Made by a program: the position numbers and the translations under genes. This document shows, piece after piece, positions 26,546 through 40,773 of a stretch of DNA of 64,000 nucleotides. Under the pieces are notes generated by a model, which made no database searches, was not told the origin of the DNA, and worked only from the letters and a program-made list of their open reading frames with translations. Each line of letters begins with the position of its first letter. Positions within the stretch are counted from its first letter, which is position 1. This DNA is from Octopus sinensis (Eukaryota). The stretch spans positions 179,304,001-179,368,000 of the forward strand of contig NC_042997.1 in assembly GCF_006345805.1 (NCBI RefSeq), given 5' to 3'.

Positions 26546-27369
26546 TACATACATACATACATACATCAGAAGGTTCTCGTTTCGTTGATAAGTGTTCAGT
26601 TTTTCAACCAACCGAACTCCCTATTTATTGAAATACTTAAATCTCGTTTATTATCAGTGTGACACTTTGTGAGAAACAGTGACATTAAATTGCGGCATTC
26701 CAAGGCTTCTGTTCGTTCGATCTTATTCATAATGCCTCCAATATAAGATATATTTATAACCCCCCACACACACACACATATACACACAAAGTTATTTAGT
26801 TCCACACGGATAGAAATATAGAAAAAATGAAGTTGAAAATACTGTGGGATTTGTTTAGATTTTATATTCTAAGACTTTTAAACACTTAACCAGTTTCACA
26901 GATTCCTCTGATATTCAAAATTTGAGATAGAAAGATGTGGATTTATACTGCAAGTGTTTTGCTTCTGTAGACATACGCGCGCGTAGACACACACTTACAG
27001 TATCACACAGATACACACAGAGGCACACACATGCACACACATGCACACACGCGCGCATCTATCTCTGTATATATATTTAATCAAAATGGGAAACAAGTAA
27101 CTTTTTTTATATTTATTCCACTACCAAAAATTTTGAAAACTTCCTGTTGTTCTATGATATCTCTGCAAACAATATTTCCAGGATTTTCATCTCTAATACG
27201 TACCTCACATAAATATAACAACTACACGCCGGATTTTAATACCGGAGTAAGCGAATGAGCTTCCAGAGGACTTATTTAATATTTTAATCTCATGTACACT
27301 ATATATATAAACATAATATATTATGTGTATAAATGTGTTACCTCACGTACATTTTATATATATATATAT

Positions 27370-27716
27370 ACGAGCAAAACGCCCCCGCCCCGTCCAATGG
27401 ACGATGCTGCGTTGTCAAACATTTAAACCAAATTTTCTCAAAACTTGTCCTTTGAGAAACACTGATTTAATCTAAATTTGAGACACCAGCAAAAGAAGAA
27501 ATAAAGATAGACTTTTTTTCTATTCCAAAGAAAAACGATTTCCCACGGCTTTATCAATCGCATTCTCATGTGGAACCCATGTTTGTAATTTTTTCAAGAA
27601 TTATACACATCCTGATATCGTCGGTATCTTCATATCAAATTTGAGCGCAATCGGAGGATGCCCGAGATCCTAGAAGACACACACACACAGACAGACAGAA
27701 CGGATTTTATATAAGT
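27370..27716 (-). mobile_element. Non-autonomous Helitron/Helentron-like element
   Basis: Minus strand starts TATATAAAA-ccgttCTGTCTGTCTGT..., contains ccgattgcgctcaaatttg, and ends in a GC-rich stretch then CTCGT (CTRR-like). No TIR or TSD seen. Confidence 0.5.
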
Positions 27717-29584
27717 GATATAGGAGAATAATCGCAAGACCGCGTAGCTACTTCCATTTCCTTTATGCGTTTAGTATGTACATTTGTAACGATTGCGTAT
27801 GATTTCTTTTACGTAGAAACCACTCTATTTACTTTGTAACAACCGAGACTTGGGGTATTGGTGTATAAATTAATGATGTTATCATCAGAAATGTATGTAT
27901 CAAATTCATTCGAAATAGTAGTTCTTAGATTCGAGATTATTCTAATAATATTGGAAACGTATGCATTACGAAGCAGCCTGTAACTGCACTACCCTCTGTT
28001 GGAGTGGAATGTCGCACTTGACACGGAACCAGTAATATATGGTAAAGTGTACTACATCATGATGTACTTGTGCGTGTGTCTATCTCTCTCTCTCTCTTTC
28101 TTTCTGCCTCTGTGTGTGTGTGTGTGTCTGCCGGGACAGAGGACTCTCAGCTAACCAATGCTTCGTGTAGACGAGTTAAGATATACCTTGTGCGTAACAA
28201 CATTTACACATACTGACACCACAACGACACATATAAATATATATATATATATGAACTAACGTCTATGCATAACACATATTGATATGTATATAAAATAGCA
28301 AGAATGCAGATAGCTATTCATGTTTTAATTATAGGCTTATTAAATGTGTATGTCTGTGATCATTTTTAGGTTACATATATATGCTATTCTAGAGAAAGTT
28401 TCGAAAACAACACAGAAAAACACCGAAAAGTCACTGACAATTAGAGAAAAACTTGTGTTAGTAGAAGTGCAGCTCTGTTGTAGTGTCGAAGATGTAATGA
28501 CAATTTTATCTCATCTTTCATGTTTCTGAAAGGTTTCCAAGAAATATTTAAGCCATTGAATGAGTGCCAAATTTCTGAGACTCTATACTGGTGCGCATCG
28601 CATGATGCTGCGTTTGGCGATATGCTAGCGTTAAATAAGTGGTCCTTCAGTAGGTCATAAGCTGACTAAACAACTCCTTTATTTCTGATAGGGTTGTCTT
28701 CCATACTGATATGTCACAAACTCTGTCATGTTATTGTTTCCTGATTTATGTTTTACGGGTTCTAATTTTGCACCATGAGAAAATATTTCCTCTGGTAGGT
28801 TATTTTGCCAACAGATAGTAATCATTGAAGCTACGCGTCTTTTCTGTATTCGAGTTCTATCATAAACAGTCTGCAAATTGCGTTTCCAGCATCATAGAAA
28901 TGTTTGGTACTTTCATTCATTCATTCATTCCCATGCCAGACAGACACATGTCCTGAAAAAGCGAAGTGTCCAAATTTAGATATATTGGTAGCATTAATAA
29001 GATAAATAAGTATTATAAGTCTAACACTTTGTCAACTCTCTCTCTCTCTCTCTCTCTCCATCGCTTACTGTCAGTCTTTCCTCACACACACATACATGCA
29101 TATATATATATAGTGGTCGATAGACAGTTAAATAGACAGACTGTTAGTTTGATATATAAATATATAGCTGATAGACAGGCATGTCTGTTCACACACACAC
29201 ATACACATAAGGCACACACACACACACACACACATATATATGTATGTCTGCACATGCGTACACATGTAAATAGTACATATATGTGTATGAACTTACACAT
29301 ATGTCTATGGGTGTTCGCGAACGTGTCTTTTCTTTTCCAGATGTTAAGGGTTCGTGTCCCGTGTAACCAAAATTCTGAGAAAAGCTGGATACATTACTGT
29401 GTATAGAACTTATTTCGTGAATTCGAATGAACATTATAACCTGGTAACTAACAGCATCCTTCTGGATAATTAGAGCAAGCTATATTAACAAGATTTAAAA
29501 GTTTGTATGTTTTATATCTTTGTTTATGGTTGTAATAATTGAAATGACTCAGGCTGAGGGGGAGATAAACATATTGTAATTGAT

Positions 29585-29720
29585 TGGTAGCTCAGTGGGA
29601 TTTACTTTATCGACCCAAAAGAATGGAAGGCAAAGTCGACTTCTGCGGAAAGAGAACTCGGGTCATAAAACACCGACGAAATGCTCAAAGCATGTTACCC
29701 ACCTGTTAACAACTCTGACA
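29585..29720 (-). mobile_element. SINE family C, degenerate fragment
   Basis: tactttatcgaccc..aagaatggaaggcaaagtcgac is the reverse complement of the central box of the 48644 copy. Confidence 0.65.
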
Positions 29721-29881
29721 GATCATCGCCTTGTATATTTATACACACACACACATAAACACTCACACACACAAACACACACACACACACACACATGTAT
29801 GTATATATGTGTGTGTGATTGTGTGTATGTATGTATGTGTGTATGTATAGATAGACAGACATATAGAAATAAATGAATATA

Positions 29882-30093
29882 CAGGATGGCCCTAAAGTAG
29901 ATTTACAGCTATCACGTAGGCATTTTAAATTTCTTTTAAAACATTTTATTACATTTAAATATCTATTTTACAATTAACTAAATTAGCATAGAATAATGGC
30001 TCCATATATTTTTATAATTAAGATCTCATCTATTAATATAAGAATGCCAAAGAGATAGTTGAATAACTGTAAACCTACTTTTGGGCCACTCTG
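29882..30093. mobile_element. Tc1/mariner-type MITE
   Basis: 27-bp TIRs CAGGATGGCCCTAAAGTAGATTTACAG and CAGAGTGGCCCAAAAGTAGGTTTACAG (23/27 match); TA on the left, TG on the right. Confidence 0.75.
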
Positions 30094-30830
30094 TGTGTAT
30101 GAACATTTAAAACCATATATATGTAGCATATATCATGCGATTTTTTCCTTGAGAAAGATTTTGTCAGAATGTGTAGGAGTTTTTGTGTTGGCATTAACAT
30201 CACATAAGGCCTAATTAAGTTTTTGAACTGTTATAAAACTAATGCGAACATAATATTCTTTATGTAAATGTTGGTGTTTAAAGAAAGAAAAATACTTTGC
30301 TTTGCGATAGCAAAATAATTTTTGTCATCACGAAACCGAACAAGAATTCAAATAGATTAGTTGACATTGCTAACATTATCATTTAGTCCGACAATTACAT
30401 ATCCAACATACTAACTTTGTTGAAGCACTTATCAGTAAGTTTCTTGCCAAGCATTTTATTATATTCAAATTAGTAGAGTTTTCATGTAATTTTTAATACT
30501 ATTATTAGTATTGATAGTTTTATTTAAGTCTTTGCAATGCCACCAACCTACTAATAATCATATTATTAATAACGTTGATGATGTTAATGATAATGATAAT
30601 AAAAAAATGCAATAATGTATGGACTGTGATGATAATGTTAATAATAATAAAAACATTAACTGTTGCATTAGTATTATAGCCATCATTTTCCATATACAAT
30701 AATGTTTAATTGGTTTGATGACTACAGGAATACCATCCGAGATCAGAAGATCTGCAGTGGATTCAAATGGTCTTTTATTGCCAGTTTAGCGTTATATCTC
30801 TCTTCATCACAAGCGCTAACATAGATTCTA

Positions 30831-30873
<43 letters not shown>

Positions 30874-30874
30874 C

Positions 30875-31119
30875 AAAGCGGCTAGCTAGCAGAATAGTTA
30901 GCACGCCAGGCGAAATGCTAAGTGGTATCTCTCCCGTTGCTAATTCTGAATACAAGTTCCGCCAAGGTCGAATTTGTCTTTCGTCCCTTCGCATCGATAA
31001 ATTAAGTACCATTTGAGTACTAGGGTCGATTTAATCGATTAGTCCCCTCCCCACAAATTTTAGGCCTTCTGCTTATAATAGAAAGGATTATCATCATCAT
31101 CATCATTATTATTATTATT
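30875..31119 (+). mobile_element. SINE family C with (ATC)(ATT) tail
   Basis: gcagaatagttagcacgccaggcgaaatgctaag...aggtcga...gataaattaagtacc...cccacaaattttaggcc...gaaagg plus tail. Confidence 0.75.
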
Positions 31120-31770
31120 CAGTTGTTCTATTTTTATAACGTGCTTTCACTTCACTACCGAGCGCAACTCTGAGTGTTTTGGGTATGTGCTGTGGTTTGC
31201 TCTAATGTTCTTATGGTTACTGTATTGAAAGTGTTTTGCGTAGGATGTGTGCAGTGCCTAGTAGTGTAATTTTCTGTATGTTATATATATTTTTAAGTCC
31301 TGTTTTTGTTATGTATTTGTCTGAATATTTTTTTAAATCATACATAATGCGCCCACTATGATAAGGATTGTTTCTGTTTTTAGTTTCCACATTCATGTTA
31401 CCTCTATTTCCAGGTCTTTGCATTTTTTGAAAGTTTCTCCATTTCTTTTAGAGAAACGTTGTCATCTGCTGGTATTGGTACATCTTTATGATCTCTGACA
31501 ACTATATCTGGCTTTTGGCCTTAATTTCTCTATCTGTGTGTATTAGCATATCCGGATAGTTTTGTTGCTTTCTCATTTTCTGTGAACTTTTCTGGCGCGT
31601 GCCTGTACCATCCTTTTTGTGCCTATACCATCCGTTGTTATTCCATAGTCTTGGCGTAGCTTCCAGTGTATGTAGGTCCCAACTCTGTCGTGTCTGTGAA
31701 TATATTCCTTGTTAGCCAGGACTGGGCAGCCAGAGATAATATGATTTATTGTTTCTTGTCCATCTCCGCA
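31120..31770 (-). mobile_element. 5'-truncated R4/Dong-like non-LTR element flanked by (TAA)n
   Basis: Minus strand: CGDGQETINHIISGCPVLANKEYIHRHDRVGTYIHWKL, HTDREIKA..PDIVVRDHK, IPADDNVSLKEMEKLSKCKDLEIEVT, QKITLLGTAHILRKTLSIQ*. (AAT)n lies at both ends on the sense strand. Confidence 0.9.
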
Positions 31771-31776
31771 TTATTA

Positions 31777-31811
<35 letters not shown>

Positions 31812-32257
31812 TATTATTAATATTCAAGAAACACTTTTTTGTATTAGAAATCCATTTAATAAATGGGTTGTACGATAAAATAGTTATTTCCTTGTCACTC
31901 ACATTAGAATTTTCAAAATTGTTGTCGTTTTAGTATCCAACCATTTAACTGGGATTAAAAAGCTTATCGCGGTATTGTGAAAATCAGCTGATAATGCGTA
32001 TCATTCAAACATTTAGTGAGAGCAATATTCAGGAATTTGACTTTAACAAAAACAAAAAACAAAGTAAATCTCAAACCGTTAAACAAAATGCTGCAGCCAG
32101 AGCAATTAAATAGGATAGGTAAGTCATATCATATAGTAAAGACTGAGCATCGTTTCAGTGATACCATTCAACCCTTGACTGGAGATCGATAAACGATGTG
32201 TCTTATCTGGTTTGAAACTTACATGCATACATAAATACATACGTGTGTATATATATA

Positions 32258-32298
<41 letters not shown>

Positions 32299-32319
32299 CA
32301 TACATATATGTGTATATAT

Positions 32320-32530
32320 AACGGGAAGGTTTACGAAAATAAACAAAAGACGAAGGCAGGTGGAGTACAAACAAACAAATGTATTAGTATGGCGCTCAGG
32401 AATAGAAATAGAACAAGTCTTCTACGGTTCGAGCCTACGCTTCTTCGACAGAAAGATACACAGAAAAAAAAACAATGAGAGAAACAAGGAGAGAAAAAAA
32501 TGCGTGTAGGGGCTAACAATCTATCATGGC
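32320..32530 (-). mobile_element. Penelope-like terminal repeat with degenerate hammerhead-like motif (32418-32455)
   Basis: Homologous to 37060-37185. Minus strand CTTT-CTGTCGA-A-GAAGCGTAGGCTC-GAACCGT-A-GAAG. Confidence 0.5.
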
Positions 32531-32606
32531 GTTCTGTATATATATATATACACATACATAGATGTGTACATATATATATATATATTATATATATACACAT
32601 ACATAG

Positions 32607-32725
<119 letters not shown>

Positions 32726-33494
32726 TGTTTGTGTCTGTGTGTATATACATATATTATAGATAGATAGATAAGGATACGTAAGGTAGGTTTATGGGCTTAT
32801 CCTAGGTTTCACATCCACAAAGTGCTTAACTTTAGATTCTTCTGACCCTAAATTCGTTGCTCTATGACCTCTATAGCATGTAGCATCTTTAGAAAAGACT
32901 TACTATATTTCAAGAACAAGGGATAGTCTCCTTTTGACTGCTATCTGTAATTTACCCTGTTGGCTGATGGATCGCAGGACGCAAGCAGGGTCCGGAGACT
33001 TCCGTCCTAGAGATTAGAATGTTACCCGTGTCGAGGGAGTCCTTTAATTTTAAAGGAGTCCCAATGTGTATGTCTGTGGTGGGAGTGGGGAATAGTGTAT
33101 AGGAATTTATAAATCAGCGTTCATCAGCTAATTTGTTATAGCAGCAGCAAAATTGCTTTACAAGAAGAATTTTGTCATTTTGCATTCCGGTTTCAAGGTG
33201 TACCATGGTTGAATTTGTCATTCATTATTCCAGTGCCAATAAACAATGTACCAGTCCAGTTGTTCCTTCTCATTCTCTTACCTATTTGTCCTCTTTCCCT
33301 AATTCTTGAAGAAATTCACTGTCGTAAAGGGTAGGGAGGAACATGCTCAATCAAGCCTACAATTGCTGGAGATATGCAATGGCAGCGCAATTTTTGAGTA
33401 ATTTCGGAGAGAGAGAAGAGAAAATGGATGCACAGTGTAGCAAATATATGCCGCAACGAAAACAATGAAAGAAAGAATACAAGATCTAAAATAA

Positions 33495-33889
33495 TAAATT
33501 ATATACGCACATGCATATATATACATATATACATATATATATATACATATATACATATACATATATACATATATACATATATATATATACATATATATAC
33601 ATATATATATATACATATATACATATATATAATACATATATACATAATATATATACATATATACATATATATACATATATACATATATATAATACATATA
33701 TACATACAATATATATATACATATATACATATATATATATACATATATACAATATATATATATACATATATACTATATATATACATACATACATACATAT
33801 ATATATACCATATATACATATATATATACATACATAATACATATACATATATATATATACATATATACATCATATATATATACATATAT

Positions 33890-33927
<38 letters not shown>

Positions 33928-34176
33928 TACATATATATATATATATACATATAACATATATATATATATACATATATACATATATATATATACATATATA
34001 CATATATACATAATATATATATACATATATACATATATACATATACATATATACATATATATATACATATATATATATACATAATATATATACATATATA
34101 TATATATACATATATATATATACATATATATAATACATATATATATATACATATATATATATACCTATATATATAT

Positions 34177-34211
<35 letters not shown>

Positions 34212-34410
34212 CATATATAATATATATATATATATATATATACATATAATATATATACATACATATATACATATTATATATATACATATAACATATATAT
34301 ATACATATATACATATATATAATACATATATACATATATATATATACATAGATACATATATATATACATATATACATATATATACATATATATATATTAT
34401 ATATACACAC

Positions 34411-34445
<35 letters not shown>

Positions 34446-34539
34446 CATATATATATCTACATATGCATACATGCTAATATGTGTATGACTATATATATAT
34501 AGATGTATGTATGTATATATATAGTATATACGCATGCAT

Positions 34540-34588
<49 letters not shown>

Positions 34589-34600
34589 TACGCACAAACA
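33495..34600 (+). repeat. ~1.1-kb degenerate (ATATAC/TA)n satellite
   Basis: Direct reading; almost no G on the plus strand. Confidence 0.95.
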
Positions 34601-37004
34601 CGCACTCATGCGCACACAAATATATATGTATATGGAAATCAACTGAAAGTCTTTTGAGGTATAGTCTTGTCTTGTATGTGCGAATACGCAATAAAATATC
34701 CGTTACATATGCATTGTTTCTGACCTTTTGAAATTGCTATGAGCACGTATTTCTATAGACTTCGTTCCTACTTCATTAAATGATGCAGAATGTGAAAGTA
34801 AATACCAGAGGTTGGGAGGTGACGAGATGATGAAAATTTGGATCTGTCAAATATTTCTCTGCTGCTCCATCTAACATTTTCCCTTTCTTCTATCTATCTT
34901 TTTTACCGTCCTTTTCTTTTAGATTTATATCACTCTTTCTTTCTCTTTGTAGATATTCTTTCTAGATATTCAGATGTTTCGCCGAAAGAAATATAATTTC
35001 CATTAGTAGAGCAAAAGAAATTTTCTGATGATTGGAGTGCAACCTTATAAATGAAAATGTTCCAATATGTCAGAGTCAGAATCTTGTGAGGTAGAAAGAT
35101 TGTCCAAACACGTTGATGAGAAGAAGAACTATAAATGATTTATAGTCATATACATGAAAAGTGCATGTTGACAACATCAATAAGCATATTTTATTAATAT
35201 TTGTTTGTAAAATTTAATATAGATGGTCGAAGGCTATGTAGCAAACGGAATTCCACGATTAGGTTTTGGCTCCTAGCAGAATATTATATCTGCTACAATA
35301 CTAAAGTATGAAGAAATGCACTAACACCACAGTATATCACCGCCTCTACTCTTAAATATGGGAACTGCTTCTCCATCAAAAGAAACCAATATTTCACAAC
35401 ATAGAAAGTTTATTCGTTTTCTCGGTAACGATATGCATGATACAGAGTGCGTATGAAGTTTAATTATTTCGGAAATTTATTCTCTTACTATAAAGTTTGA
35501 AGATAACATTAATGTCTGACAGGTAAGAATTAAATACGACTGTATGGCATTCATGCTTTTCTAAGGGAAAATTGTTAGCTAAGTGAAATGAAAGTCAATG
35601 GAAAACAGCGTTCCGATTCTGAGTGAGCTTAAATCTGTCGCTACGACGTCACACAGTATTCTTCAAAAGTATGTACCTAAGAAAGAAAATAAATGTTTAC
35701 TTTCCAATCCCCAGTGAAAACTATTAGTAGAAAAGATTAGAATCAGTCTCCTAAGAACTTTTAAATCTTATTTATTTACTCCTCACCGAGACGATTTTTT
35801 CTAACAGCCGCTGGGTCAGTGGGAATGCAAAACATTACACATTCAGTAAAATAAAAAAATACATGATTAATGTTGTTTTGTAAACTCTCAATTCTTAATT
35901 CTATTTGTAAGTATTTTAAGTTACTTTAAGAAATAAACAACTCTCTTATAAAGAGAGCAAATTCTCATTTTGTTACGCCAATTCAGGTTGAAGTTTATGT
36001 AGAAAAAAATATTACGAAAGTAATTTTTTTCTAAAAATAAAGAATGGCGTCTCATAGGGACAATGAAAGACCACTCATGTGATGCATAATTTAGAGTTCT
36101 ATCAATAATGAATTTCAAGATGGCAGCATTCAACTATTTCTTTTAACTAACATAATTATTACCAAAGTCGAGACAAATAGTCTGTATTGGAAGTTGTTCA
36201 GATATTTGATTTCTGATATAGTAAATATGACAAAAAGACTACTGCAATGAACGCGATTTCTTCCACGGAACTATATAACGTAACAACTGTAAAAATGCTA
36301 TGCCTTCATTTTGTTACTTATTTTTTGCTGTTGCACAGGTTTCTCACACCAACTCGGCATTAATCTATTACTAAAACAACGTATTCATCTTGGTGTAAAG
36401 GTGTATCACCTGTCACCACACAGCAGATTACAATTTACTATTAAAACACTTGTATGCACGCAAAATTTTATTCGTGCGGTTAGAGTATTTTGTCCTTAAA
36501 CATCATTCAAAATCTGTTCATACTACATGCTGTCTTGCAAACATTGAAACACATAGAAACGTTGTTACACACATTCACTCAAAAGCATAAACAAGAACAG
36601 GCATACACATGCCCCTCTTTCACTTTTCCTCTATATATATATACGTAATTTTTTATGAAACAAGTAGACTCTAAGTGGTATACCGACATTATAATTTTAC
36701 ATCTCAGCGTTCTTTAACGTTTTCACGAATTACTACTGTTCATATTTTCCTTCATAAATATCGCAATATTGTATTACTGTCTGAGATGTGTTACAACGCT
36801 AAGTAATTCATACATAAATGATTACTAATTAATAAATGATTTAGTTTCCTTTTTCAACCACAAATATTTCCCTAGCACTAGACAAATGTGCAATCACAGT
36901 TCTTTCAAATCACTTTACTTCAAAACTTCATTCCTTTTGAAATCAGTGGATGTGTTTTTAATCTCATTTACAAACCTGGCAATATAGGGTCATTGATATA
37001 TCAG

Positions 37005-37039
<35 letters not shown>

Positions 37040-37059
37040 GAGAGAGAGAGAGAGAGAGG

Positions 37060-37183
37060 GGAGAGTTTACGAAAAAAACAAAAAACCAAGACAGGTGGTG
37101 TACAAAACAAACAGATGTATTAGTATAACGCTCAGGAATAGAAATACGTTTCGAGAATACGCTCTTTTACAGAAAGTGGCTAA

Positions 37184-37185
<2 letters not shown>
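37060..37185 (-). mobile_element. Second copy of the 32320 Penelope-like terminus
   Basis: Shared gtttacgaaaa...caggtgg.gtacaaa.caaaca.atgtattagtat..cgctcaggaatagaaata; motif CTTT-CTGTAAA-A-GAGCGTATTCTC-GAAACGT. Confidence 0.55.
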
Positions 37186-37222
<37 letters not shown>

Positions 37223-37269
37223 CAGCGGTGCATCAGCATGGCCGCAGCTCTGAGCTGAAACTAGAAAAG

Positions 37270-37565
37270 ATATATATATACATACATATATATATATAGA
37301 TGCATATATATACATACATATATATATATACATACACATATATATATATATATATATATACATAAATACATATATATACATACATATATTATACATACAT
37401 ATATATATACATACATATATATAATACATACATATATATATTACATACATATATATATATACATACTATATATATATACATACTATATATATACATATAT
37501 ATATATATACATACATATATATATATAAATACATATATATATACATACATATATATATACATACA

Positions 37566-37606
<41 letters not shown>

Positions 37607-37629
37607 ATATATATATGTATATGAACAGA

Positions 37630-37660
<31 letters not shown>
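37270..37660 (+). repeat. (TA/TACA)n array followed by (GATA)(GACA)
   Basis: Direct reading. Confidence 0.95.
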
Positions 37661-37662
<2 letters not shown>

Positions 37663-37986
37663 TGAAAGATATAGATATATATTCACCCAATGACGCAACG
37701 GTCTACATCGATAGAAACACCAAGGCATACCTTAAAATAAATTCGTCACGAAGACGACATACCAGCCATTGACGCATAAAGGTATGGATAATTGTAAACA
37801 GTGAAGAGCTCAATTCTAACATTCAACATCCGCAAAAATATACTTTAGGATTAGAAACAAAACGTTAACTCAGAAATCACTGCTACAAACGCACTTGATG
37901 TTTGTTCTTTACTCGTTTATTAAGAAGAAAATTTATCTCTCTCTCTCTCTTTCCATAACTATCTATCTATCTATACACACACACAG

Positions 37987-38017
<31 letters not shown>

Positions 38018-38025
38018 GATATATA

Positions 38026-38084
<59 letters not shown>

Positions 38085-39464
38085 AAAAATATATATTGCC
38101 TGATTGTATGCTACCCACTGTACCTTGGTGCAGTTATCGTAGTTTACTCTTTTGCAAGAATTCCGAGAGATTTACCTGCCAGAGTATGATTCCCCTTTTT
38201 TCAAACTACCAATCGTAGATGTCCTGAAGAATTTCAGTAATGCCCCTCTTCCTCCTTTGTCTAGGCAATTGTATAACGGGAAAAATTAGGAAAGACTTCA
38301 AACATTACTGCTGTCTACTCTGCCACATTGAAATCTTCAATCGATAAAAGAAAACGCGAGATCATCCGAATGACTTTACTCTATGTACCACAAAACAATT
38401 AGTATATTGTCTCAGTTAATGTCTAAACAGCTGCTTGTTTTTGTTTTCTTTCTTCATGTTCAAATATACATATGTTGAAAAGAAGTTAAATGATAAACGT
38501 ACATTCAAAATTTAAAAAAAAATATTTTATTGTACTTACTTTGCTTTTGTTGAAGTTGTGATATTCAACTTGCACTTAGCAAAGAAGGATTAGATTTTAT
38601 TTTTCCTAATCGTTGAATAATAAAATGAAAACAAACAAAAAATACAATTGTCAAATATTGAATTATTTGGGATAAATAAATAAAAAAAAATCGTAAGAAA
38701 TGGGAAGAATGGCGGATGTTTAGTGCAGGGATATTGAACTATTTCTAAATGAATTTTAAATTAAAAAAAATATTGCAATGGATATTTATATTTTTATTTA
38801 AAATACAAACAAGACTATACTTGCAATTGTTGCTTTGTACAATATATTGATACCATACTGTATGTAGTTGCAAACAAACCAAATACACAAACATGCTTTC
38901 ATACAGATATTCACACACCCATACAACCATTATCACAAATACCACCGCACGCAATCCTAGATATATGTACGCATATTTTAAATGACGGCGGATAATTGAA
39001 GGCTGTGGTTTCCTATTTATCATAACATATGGTTGGTAATACGACATTCTGTAGAGCTTTACATGGAATAATAAACGGTTCAGCAGAAAGCTTGGTTCCA
39101 GCGCTATAAATCTACATGGAGAAGACGTTTATCTTGGCCAGGGATTCATTAATATGACAATAGATATTATTCCTCAGAACATATTTATTCACCTTCAAAA
39201 CACACTTATTTGTGCACCCAGAGCAAATATTGCAGTATTGATATCGAAGAAATTCTTACGCATCAAGTAATAATTCCTTAGAATGAAATATTAACTTGAG
39301 TCAAATAATGAATATGTATAAAAAACGGTATGAAAAACAGAACGCGATCGAGTTTCCGCCTCCGATGCAATGAGAATAATTGTAGTATTTTTCTTCACAT
39401 TTGTCTTATAGATAGCCACTGTGAAGAGTGAATAGGAGCAATAACTTATGGAAAAGGAACAATC

Positions 39465-39502
<38 letters not shown>

Positions 39503-39727
39503 ATATATACATACATATATATACACATATATAAGTGTAAGTATATATATGTATGTATATATATATATAGATATATACTTACATACTCAAATACATACAT
39601 CTATGTGTCTGTGTGCGTGCCTGTGTGTGTATGTATATATAAATATGCACATGATTAAATAGCCCATTCTAAGTATAAGTTATAGATTATCAAACACACA
39701 ATACATGCATACACACATACACGTGTA

Positions 39728-39935
39728 TTCTTTTATCCGTTTATTTCCCTCAGCCATTGGACTGCTGCCAAGCTGGGGCACTAGCTGGAAGGTTTTACTC
39801 GATCTAATCGACTCCAGTGCTTGCTTTATTTCAAAGTATTGCACTTATGCCATCTGTGTATATTGCCTAACTGCCAAGTTGGTGGGGCGTAAACAAACCA
39901 AATCTAGCTGTCAAGCGGTGGGGAACAAACATAAA
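39728..39935 (-). mobile_element. SINE family A, old 3' half
   Basis: Minus strand: ccccaccgcttgacagct...tgtttacgcccc..aactt...gtcgatt..tcgagtaaaa...gtgccccagc.tggcagcagtccaatggctga. Confidence 0.6.
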
Positions 39936-40382
39936 GATACCCTCATACACATAAGTACACACGTACATACGCACAAAGAAATACATCATCCTATACTCAC
40001 AAACGCGTGCGCATACATGCACGCGTATATACCAACCACATTTAAATGACACATACGTACTTCTTGATATACACGTAAATGTACAAGTGTATCAGTGTGA
40101 TAAAGGAGATGGGGTCAAACAGGTAGCCAATACAAAATTTAGAGTAATATAATTTATTAAAAGCTATTTAGTATCTCAAATACAGTTACTTAGAGTTTCT
40201 GAACTTCACTGTTTGAGCGAATGTGGACAAATACGGCATTTAGGAGTTATTTCAACACATTCGTAAGACATGACCAAAGAGCGAATAACGAATATTAATT
40301 GAATGAATCTTTCACAGACAATGGAAACATTAAAGTTTTGCATGCTTCATACGGTTACGATACACCCCCACACACATACATG

Positions 40383-40413
<31 letters not shown>

Positions 40414-40414
40414 T

Positions 40415-40600
40415 GGCAATTTCTGTCTGTTTGTTACAATCTTAGAGCCTAAACCGGCGAACCAATATTCACGGAATTTTGCATACATGTTACACTAACA
40501 TCTAGTTCAATTATAGGGTAATTGTAGTTCAATAAAAAATCTATAATGTGCCCCCCCCCCTAACAGGGACGTTTGGCGAATTATATAAAAACATAAGGAG
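40415..40600 (+). mobile_element. Possible Helitron/Helentron-like 5' fragment
   Basis: (TA)n, then tctgtctgtttg...aaaccggcgaaccaatattcacggaattttgc; resembles the 27370 element by style only. Confidence 0.3.
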
Positions 40601-40739
40601 GCTGCAAAAAATATTAGTGAGGGTAAAGTATTAATTGAGAGAAGGTCACTTATATCAGTGAAGTCAACAACAGCGGGAGCAATGGGGTGGTAGCATTACT
40701 ACAGCTGTCATATACACGCAACGCTGCATACATACGTTC

Positions 40740-40773
<34 letters not shown>

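Noticed and set aside
28679-28876. 65-aa non-repetitive ORF
   Set aside because: No recognisable domain; length within chance expectation.
32800-33430. Higher-complexity segment, possible exon or TE
   Set aside because: Frames I translated contain stops and no recognisable motifs; needs BLASTX.
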